Shown: positions 55,616 through 64,000 of the stretch, piece after piece
How the letters are laid out: every line of letters begins with the position of its first letter
How positions within the stretch are numbered: the first letter of the stretch is position 1
Assembly: GCA_013416795.1 (NCBI GenBank)
Contig: RQSC01000026.1
Location: 667,213 to 731,212, forward strand
Direction: 5' to 3'
Length of the DNA stretch: 64,000 nt
From: Prasinococcaceae sp. CCMP 1430
Lineage: Eukaryota; Plantae; Prasinodermophyta
Position numbers and translations under genes: made by a program
The notes under the pieces: generated by a model
What the model was told of the DNA's origin: nothing
Seen by the model: only the letters and a program-made list of their open reading frames with translations
Database searches by the model: none

Positions 55616-58415
55616 CTCCGTCTGGCCGAGTTCGGCCGAAACGCCATCGAGGAAAAGGCGACGCCCAAGTGGAAACTGCTGGTGGGCCACTTCTGGGGGC
55701 CCATGCCCTGCATGATCTGGGCGGCCATCCTCATCGAGGCCATCATCCTCGACTGGTGCGTGGCATGGGAGGCGCGCGCGCCCGCGCGGGACCTCTGAGC
55801 GTATCCCACCTCCGCGCGCCGCACGATGAAGGGTGAGAGCCTCCCTCCGTCGCCGAGCTGACGCTCGCGCGCACGCGCGCCCACACGCGCACATGCACAC
55901 TCCGTCGCCTTCCCTCGCGCGCGCTCGCGCGCCCGCGCGCTCGCTCAGGGCCAACTTCTGGGTCCTCCTCTCCCTGCAGCTGATCAACGGCCTGGTGGGC
56001 TTCCACGAGGACTCCAAGGCGGGCGACGCAGTGGCGGCGCTGAAGGCGTCGCTCAAGCCCAAGGCGATGGTCAAGCGCGACGGTGTGTGGGCGAACATCG
56101 ACGCGGGCGACGTGGTCCCCGGCGACCGCGTGGCGCTCAACGCGGGCGCGGCGGTGCCAGCCGACGCTCGCGTGTGCGCGGGCGAGCCCGTGGAGATCGA
56201 CCAGGCCGCGCTCACGGGCGAGTCGCTGCCGGTGACCTTCCACGAGGGCGAGGTGGCAAAGATGGGCTCGACGGTCGTGCGCGGCGAGCAGGAGGCCATC
56301 GTGGCCGCCACGGGCCGCAACACCTTCTTCGGCAAGACGGCCGCGATGATCGCCTCGGTGCAGGACGAGGCGCACTTCCAGAAGATCCTCATGGCAATCA
56401 CGCGCTTCCTGCTCATTGTGTCGGTGGTACTGGTGACCATCGCGGTGGCCTTCCTGCTCTCTAAGAAGGAGTCCTTCCTCAAGAGCCTCGCCTTCGGCGT
56501 GGTGCTCCTGGTGGCGTCCATTCCGATCGCCATGCAGGTCGTGTGCACGACGACGATGGCGCTCGGCAGCCGCAAGCTGGCGGAGCAGAAGGCCATCGTG
56601 GCGCGCCTCAGCTCGATCGAGCAGCTCGCCGGGATGAACATCCTGTGCTCGGACAAAACGGGCACGCTCACGCTCAACAAGATGGTGCTGCAGGATTTCG
56701 TGCCTTACGACAGCGAGTGCACCCGCGAGAGCCTGCTGCGCGACGCTGCGCTGGCCGCCAAGTGGAAGGAGCCCCCCAAGGACGCGCTGGACACGCTCGT
56801 GCTCAACGCGCAGGACCTCACGCCGCTCGACGCGTGGACGCAGACCGACTACACGCCCTTCGACCCCACGCGCAAGCGCACCGAGGCCAAGCTGGTGGGC
56901 CCGAACGGCAAGGCGTTCACGGTCATCAAGGGCGCGCCCAACGTGGTGATGGGCCTGTGCTCGGAGTCGACGCGCGCGCCCATCCAGGTGGCCTTCGACG
57001 ACAAGGTGCTCGAGCTGGCCAACCGCGGCATCCGCTCGCTGGCCGTCGCGCGCGAGGACGAGGGCGACACCCGGGGCATGCGCATGCTTGGCCTGCTCAC
57101 CTTCCTCGACCCGCCGCGCCCGGATACCAAGCGCACCATCGAGCGCGCCATCGAGCAGGGCTCGCAGGTGAAGATGATCACCGGCGACCACGCGGCCATT
57201 GCCAAAGAGACCTGCCGCCAGCTGGGCATGGGCGACGAGATCCTGCTGCCCGACGGGCTGCCCAACTTTGACCCCACCGGCGAGATTCCGGACACGCTCG
57301 GCGAGGACTACGGCGATCTCATCGAGGGCTGCGACGGCTTTGCACAGGTCTTCCCCGAGCACAAGTTCCTCATCGTCGAGGCGCTACGCCAGAAGGGCTA
57401 CAGCTGTGGCATGACGGGTGACGGCGTCAACGACGCGCCGGCCCTCAACAAGGCCGATGTTGGCATCGCCGTGCAGGGCGCCACCGACGCCGCGCGCGCA
57501 GCGGCCGACCTCATTCTCACCGCGCCTGGGCTGAGCGTCATCGTCGATGCCATCGTGCTGTCACGCGCCATCTTCCAGCGCATGAAGAACTACGTGATCT
57601 ACCGCGTGGCGTGCACCATTCAGCTGCTGAGCTTCTTCTTCCTGGCGGTGCTCTTCATCCAGCCCAAGAAGTACAACCCGGACTTCGAAGAGGCGTACTT
57701 CAACCTGCCCGTCATGGCACTCGTTCTCATCACCATCCTCAACGATGGGACGATCATCTCGATCGCCTACGACCACGTGGTGCCCTCGCCGCGCCCCGAG
57801 AGGTGGAACCTGCCGGTACTCTTCGCGGTGGCCACTTGGCTGGGCTTCGTGGCCGTCGCGTCATCCATGCTGCTCCTGCACTGGTCGCTCGACTCGTACA
57901 ACGAGGACTCCTTCCTCGCTTCCCTTGGCATCCAGCCTGTGCCCTACAAGCACGTGATGACGCTCGTCTACCTCAAGATCTCGCTCTCCGACTTCATGAC
58001 GGTCTTCACCGCGCGCACGCAGAGCTACTTCTTCACCCGCGCGCCGGGCAAGCTCCTCTTCGGCGCGGCGATGGTCGCCACGGGTGCCTCGACGGTTCTC
58101 TCCTTGCGCTGGCCGTTCGGCGACACGATGGAGTCGCTCTCGCCGGGCCTTGCGTTCTTCGTGTGGGTGTACTGCACCGTCTGGTTCCTCATTCAGGACG
58201 TCGCCAAGGTAGCCATTTACAAGGTGCTCTTCTACTACGACGTGAGCGGCATCCGCACCGAGGCCGAGAAGTGCAAGGAGCGCGTGCGCAACACCTCCCC
58301 CGAGGCGCGCATGAACGCGCTCGAGGGCGAGGTTGCGGACATGCGCAGGATGATGGCTGCTGTGCGCGTCTCCGACTACAAGGCCATCGAGGTCGGTGCC
58401 AACTCGGGCATGTGA
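55168..58415 (+). CDS. P3A plasma-membrane H+-ATPase; join(55168..55350,55616..55755,55949..58415)
   Basis: FWGPM, DQAALTGESLP, IPIAMQVV, CSDKTGTLT, KGAP, DPPR, MITGD, GDGVNDAPAL and ILNDG motifs; introns join in phase. Confidence 0.97.
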
Positions 58416-58520
58416 GCTCGCGCCGCCGTCCCATTCCCATATTCTTTTCCCCCCTCACAAACTCTGGTAAATTCCGGCGTGACTGCCTAGCACTCGTGAC
58501 GGGCACACCGCGCGCGCGCG

Positions 58521-58560
<40 letters not shown>

Positions 58561-58621
58561 TATGCGCGTGCTGGTACCTTGCAAAGCGACAGATTCTCCT
58601 TACCACCTCCAGCGCGCTCTC

Positions 58622-59834
58622 TCACTTTCGCGCGAGCGTCTTGCACATGTAGTCGCCCATGGCGATGAGCTCCGAGATGCCCTGCCCCGCCATCTGGTTG
58701 ACCACCGCCGTGGGCACCGAGCCCTTGGGGTCAGCGTGTGTGTACGTGCGAAAGCGCGTGGATTTGCCGTCCGGGCCAGCCGGCTCGACGGTGGTAACAC
58801 TCAGGAAGACGTTCGCGCGCACGACTCCCTTCACCTTGGGCGCCAGCGAGTGCTGCACGGACTGCGCCACGGTGTACTGGCAATGCTCGGCCCCCTCATG
58901 AAGCGGCATGCCATTGAACTGGACCGAGTAGTACACCGAGTCACGGTCGTCGATCACGGGGCACTTGTAGGTCACATGCATGCACTGCGAGCCGTCCGCA
59001 ACGTCCTCGAGCGGGCGGAAGGTGATGTCCTTGGTCCACTTCTCCCACTGTGCGAGGTCATAGTACACCTCTGCGAAGTCGTCGGAGGGCACGGGCACGA
59101 CGATCTCCGAGCGCACCATCCACAGGTCGGACCCTTCCGCAGAGCCAGCAAGCTTGCGGAACCACACCTTGGCCGTCTTCTTCTCAGACTTGAGCTTCCA
59201 TTCGTCCTCTGGCACGCTGAAGACCTCCTTGCACTTTTCGTGCAGGCTTTCCTTGAGCTTGGGGTAATCGGGCGGGGGCACGTCATTGAGGAGGTTGGTG
59301 AGGTACTGCGACTGTCGCAGCGCGTCGCACGTGCCAATTACGCCCATGGCCGTCTCGAAGAACGCACGCCGCTCCTCGACGACAGACGCGCTGTTCGAGC
59401 CGAAGAGGCGTTTGGGCGGCAGTGTGGGCAGCGCCGGCGCGCCCTCGATTTCGAGCAGCTTCTTGAAGACCTTCTCAAACTATATGGCGCGCGAACAAGC
59501 GCGAGCGCACGGGAAGGGGATGGAGCAACGCGCCTGGCGTCAGCAGCCGCGCAATATCGCCCGACTGCGCGCGCGCGAGCGTCGCGCGCGCGGCCTCGCG
59601 CGGGCGGCAAGGGCCCGCCCGCGAGCACGAGCGCCCGCGCGGAAGCGCACGCGCCAGCCTAGCGCGCACCTCTGAGTATCTCCGGCGCACGTCGATGCGG
59701 CGCAGGTCGCCCGCGCCGGTGGACACGCCAAGCTCGGCATACGCGGGGCAGTCGGTGTGAATGGTGAACAGGTACGACGTCGACGAGCCTCCGAGTGTCT
59801 GTGGGTCGCTCACCTCGCACTCGAAGCGCACCAT
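58622..59834 (-). CDS. PX domain + START lipid-binding domain protein; join(59834..59670,59479..58622)
   Basis: Spliced VRRRYSE|FEKVFKKL...LPTLPPKRLFG...VEERR (PX), followed by W..W...YKCPVIDDRDSV...HADPKGSVP (START). Confidence 0.85.
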
Positions 59835-60518
59835 GGCGCCCCGCTCCGCGGCCCTCCGCGCCCGCACGCGAAATGGCCGTCGCCGCCCGCGCCTGCGCCC
59901 GCGTCCGCGTCCGCGCGTGTGGGGCGCGCGCACCCGCGGCAGCGTGGCGCGCGCGCGCGCGCGCGCATGCGCTTTGATGGCGCTCGCTCCCAATTGGCCC
60001 CGCTGCCAAAACGCACCTCCCTCGAACGCGTGCGGATGAACGCGCGCCACACGCGCCAGCGCATGCACTCTGATAAAATTCACAATTCCCCCAAGGGGGA
60101 GTACACAATACATCACAATGCATTCATGTGGGCCGCGTGCGCGGGGGCGCGCGCTGCCGCGCGCGCGCGCGATGTTTCGGGCGCCGCTGGCGTTTTTTGG
60201 GCGGGGCTTGGCGAGTGCGTTTCGAGCTAGCGGATGCGCTTTTCCCCAAAATTTTGGGGGAGTTTTCGCAGCGCGGATCCGACGGGCGCGCGCGCGCGCG
60301 CGGGCGCGTTTTGATGGGGCTCGCGCGGGGCTCGGCTCGAGATGTACATAAACCCTGATCATGGTATATGGACCCAAATTAGTGAACCTCAAGCTAGGAC
60401 AAGGCGGTGCCGGTAGGAACGGAGCATCCGCACGAACGAGACAGAGAGTCCGACGTGTGAAGGTTTGGTGTGCGTCGGTGCGTCACTGCGATGGCCCGCG
60501 AGGGCGCCCCCCCCCCTG

Positions 60519-63271
60519 CTACAGGTCGAGGGCGTTGGGCGGGCGCGCGCGCGCGAGTGGGCCACGCACCAGCCGGAGCATCACGGCTGCGTCGAGCGCG
60601 GCATAGGCCAGCTGTTCCTCCGTCAGGGGCCTCTTCCCCCAGTCGCTGCACTGCTGAGCCTTGCACGTGAAGACGCCGAGCAGGCTGGGGGCCGAGCGCC
60701 GAGCGCATCGATAGCAGGGGTCAGCTCGCGCTTGGAAACGAGCGGGCGCCCGCGTCTGCGCGTGAGGCACACTGGGCGCATACATACGGGACCGTCGACG
60801 CACCTAGCGCACACCCTCTGCAGCCCGGGAGTGCCAAGTCCGGGAGCGTGCACCCCTGCTCTCTGTGCGCACGTCTGCACGTCAATGATGGCTGCGTGCG
60901 GCGAAAAGGTCCTCCCGCCCGCGAGCAGCCTCAGCCTCTGCACGTCCGAGTCGAACGCAAATCCAACGATGGTCACTGCGCGATGGCTGAGCACGCGTAG
61001 GATCGCGCTGGAGCACATCGCACTACCGTGTAGGGCGTCCACGAGCCATACGTCGCAACGGCAGCCTCCACCTCGAGGCTCGCTGCCACTGCCATGGTTC
61101 CCGCGGCCATCACGACTGCTCGCAATTTGAACCAGCGCCGGGGCGCCCTGGAGGCGCTCCGAGTCGGCACCCGTCGTCTCGGCTTCGCCGCTGGCCTCGC
61201 CGTGCGTGTTTCCTTTCGCAAAGTCGCTTGCAGGCTCTACAGGCTCCTCATGCCACTCGCAATCGACACCGAGCAGCAAAGTCTTTCCCTCTCTAGCAGC
61301 CGCGTCGGCGCGATCGACGAGGACGCGCACCATGCGTTCGGCGTCGGCGTCGTCGCACACCCAGTGGCGCGCGGCGCCAGGCACCGGCGGCGCGCGGGGC
61401 AGAGCAGCAAGCTCGGCGGCGTGAGACTCGCGCGCCTGCGCAGCCTCGAGACTCATCTGCGCCGCCTTCTTGCAGGCACGTGTCGCTGAGCACGCTGCGA
61501 GTGTGGCCATAGGAGCTGCTCCTGCCCCTCCGGCGGCCACGGCATCTTCCAAAACCTGCCGTACGTCAGCAGCGACCGCCTTGGGGAGCGACGCCAGCAG
61601 CGTGCGGCCTTTGTGCCTGCGCACGGCCAGTGCAGCCGCCTGCGAGCACATGCCTTTCCAGAAACGCGGGCGCACCGCCGACGCCCATGCGATCGCTTGC
61701 GCCAAGCCAGACACAGACGGCTGGGCGCTCTGGCCAGGCACGGTGTAGGCCGTGGGAAGTGTGCAAGCCGCACGCGTCGCCGCCCTGCCTGTGTCTCGCG
61801 CCAGCTCCTCGCGCTGCGCGCGCCCCTGCAGGGCGAGCGGCGTGAGCATGCGCGATGCGAGGTTGAGCAGTGCGACATCATCGGGGGCACCTGGGGTTGT
61901 GCACTGCACCGCGGCAGCCGAGGGCCACGCGCGCAGTATGTCCGCCGCCATTGAAGTGTCGCTGTGCTTGACCACTGCAGCGATGCCCGCGGCTTCGAGG
62001 GCACGCTTTGACTGCTCCCGTGGCGCGCGTGCGGCGCGTGCAACGGCATCAATGATATATTTGGCGTGCGCTTTGGTGCACGTGCGCGGGCTGGGCGTGA
62101 AGCCCGGCGGACACAGAACGTCCATGCGCGCGGCGCGCAGCAGGAGCAGCAATGGTGCGGCTGGGTCGCCGTGGCCGTGCTCGCGCGAGTCACTCGAATC
62201 GCCATCGCTGCCGTCGGTGCCGTCAGGCCGGATGCGCGCGCGTGCGTCCCCGCCACCAAAGCGCCCGAAGAGCTGCAGCAGGCCGACGCGGAGCGCGCAA
62301 GGCGCTCCGAACACGCTTTTCCCCCCACCCTTGGATCCATGCCCACCAGCCGCCAGCTCACTCGCGGCGGCGTCTTGCAGCAGCTCGACCACGCGCATCA
62401 GTGCGCCATCATCGGCGCCATCCCTCAAAGACATCTCGCCGAGCTTGGTCGATGCCTGCGCCGCCGCAGCACGCGATGCGCCCGTCTCGGCCTGGGAATA
62501 CGTGGCGGTCTCGTAGCGCGTGCCGCGCTGCTGGGCGAGTATCAGCTCCTCGATCTCATCGGCGAGCTGATGTGCGCGGCGGACCGCCTCAACATCCTCG
62601 GGGAGGTTCAGCCGCGGCCTGCAGTTTGGGCACGTTTTCGCGTGCTCTGCTTGATGCACCATAGCGAGCTCATCCTTGGTGTAGTCCGTCCATCCGCCGC
62701 GGAGGAGCGCATGCTCCGCTTCGATTGCCCTCAGCTCCTGAGCCTTGCCCGGTGGCGCGAGGCGTGGGTTTTTCTCCGCGAGTAGGCTCGCCGTGTCACC
62801 GCTCGCACAGCGAACAGCCGCGTTGGCACCTGCCGCGAGCAGCAGCTTGGCAGCATCCCATCGCCCGCGGCCGGCAGCGTAGATGAGCGGCGTGTGGCCG
62901 CGCAGTGTGACTGCGTCGCAGTCTCCGCCGAGGCGCAGCAAGAGGCGCGTTACCTCAGCGTCGGGGTGCAACTGCGCTGCCATGTGCACCGCGCTCTTGC
63001 CGCCCCCGTTCCGATCGTTGATCACGTCCGTGGCCGACAGCGGCGTGCTGCCATCCACCCCACGAGCGACGAGCTCGTCCAGCAGCGACCTGATGTCCGC
63101 GGCATCTGGATAGGTGCGTGGTGCGCTGACCGCGTGGCGCAGCGTCCGGCCCGCTGTGCGGATTGCATCGCCGCGAACGCCGGCCGGCTGCGGTGCCACG
63201 GTGGGCGACACGCCGCCGCACGGACCCCTCAGCTTGGCTTCGGCGTCCGACGCTCCCTGGACGTAGCGCAT
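60519..63271 (-). CDS. Ankyrin-repeat + DEDDy 3'-5' exonuclease (MUT-7/EXD/WRN-like); join(63271..60804,60684..60519)
   Basis: GKSAVHMAA and GHTPLIYAAGRG ankyrins; LGVDCEW (ExoI), LVQIA, VGFAFDSD (ExoII), spliced SDWGKRPLTEEQLAYAALDA (ExoIII). Confidence 0.88.
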
Positions 63272-63863
63272 CCCCGGCCAGGCTGCAGGGTGGACTGACC
63301 GCCGCGCGTGGGCGCACCCGCGCGCGGGCGGTGCACCGGGCGCCGCGCGCGCGCCCACGCGCGCGCGCGCGGTGTGGCGCGCCCCGGCGCTCTCGCGAAC
63401 CGAACAGCTACGCGATACCAGTGCAGCGCGAAAGCGCTAGCGCGCGTGGACAGCGCTTCGAGCGGCGCGCAAAAAATTTGCGGTGGTGGTGGAATTCGTG
63501 GTCCATCCGTCGAAGTTAAGTCTACTTACGATAGTAAAAGAGGATTTCGAATACGCAAAACGGAACGGCGCCCACCCCCCCCGCCACTCCCTGGCTGGGC
63601 TGGGGAGGGGTGCGGCGAGGGGGGCGCCGGAGGAGGAGGTCGCGGAGGTCGGGGAGGCACACCGCGCGGCCGCGTCGCAGCGCCCGGGCGACCGCGCCGC
63701 GCCGCGCAGCACCGCGCAAAGCGCTGAGGGGGAGGCGCGCGGCGCCGCCGCGCTCGGCTCCGTACGAACGCGCGTTTCGTACGCTGCGGCCGCGCGGGCG
63801 CCGTGGCCGGGTGGGTGGGGTGGGGACTGAGGCGGGCAGGGGCAGAGAGGGCGGGCGGCCGCC

Positions 63864-64000
63864 ATGGTGCTCGAGGCGACGATGATCGCGCTCGACAACT
63901 CGGAGGCCATGCGCAACGGGGACTACGCGCCCACGCGCTTCCAGGCGCAGGCCGACGCCATCAACATCCTGTGCGGCGCCAAGACGCAGGTATGCGGCCG
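63864..64000 (+). CDS. RPN10: 26S proteasome subunit RPN10/PSMD4, first exon (63864-63989); continues beyond the window
   Basis: [42 protein letters not shown] followed by a GTATGC donor. Confidence 0.95.
   Translation, partial: MVLEATMIALDNSEAMRNGDYAPTRFQAQADAINILCGAKTQVCG

Noticed and set aside
36756-58415. Penta-bestrophin and H+-ATPase as a linked ion-transport module
   Set aside because: They are 12 kb apart with six unrelated genes between; proximity alone is uninformative.
58250-58415. H+-ATPase lacking the C-terminal 14-3-3 (YTV) motif
   Set aside because: Expected for many algal P3A pumps; not unusual.
623-63271. Possible functional cluster of chromatin/silencing genes (BIN4, SUVH, GATA-ePHD, HDAC, CAP-G, exonuclease)
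   Set aside because: They are interspersed with unrelated housekeeping genes and these categories are common; no evidence of co-regulation.
1-64000. tRNA, rRNA or snRNA genes
   Set aside because: None recognised by eye; a covariance-model scan (tRNAscan-SE/Infernal) would be needed to exclude them.

Overview
GC-rich eukaryotic nuclear DNA, not prokaryotic. It is gene-dense, with short GT-AG introns sharing a GCTGAC branch site, three N gaps and several noisy stretches. Plastid- and plant-type genes (cGEP, SRA-SET, BIN4-like, SOUL) point to an early-diverging green alga; this is an inference. About 23 protein-coding loci can be supported. The standout is a 6.3-kb uninterrupted ORF (about 36756-43016) encoding FIVE complete, diverged bestrophin (YneE/VCCN-type) protomers in one chain. 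Bestrophins are pentameric channels, so this looks like a natural single-chain pseudo-pentameric anion channel with an asymmetric pore. Other highlights: (1) a ~780-bp alphaproteobacterial fragment (DUF2332 5' part with intact Shine-Dalgarno plus the divergent hisG 5' end) fused in frame to a secreted somatomedin-B/mucin gene, either HGT or an assembly chimera; (2) a Foldback-type MULE with subrepeated TIRs; (3) a SUVH-like protein lacking the post-SET zinc site; (4) a ~2460-aa GATA/SAND/3x ePHD chromatin protein; (5) PX-START, ankyrin-MUT7-like exonuclease and CPBP-EF-hand fusions. All family calls come from motif recognition by eye; no database search was run.
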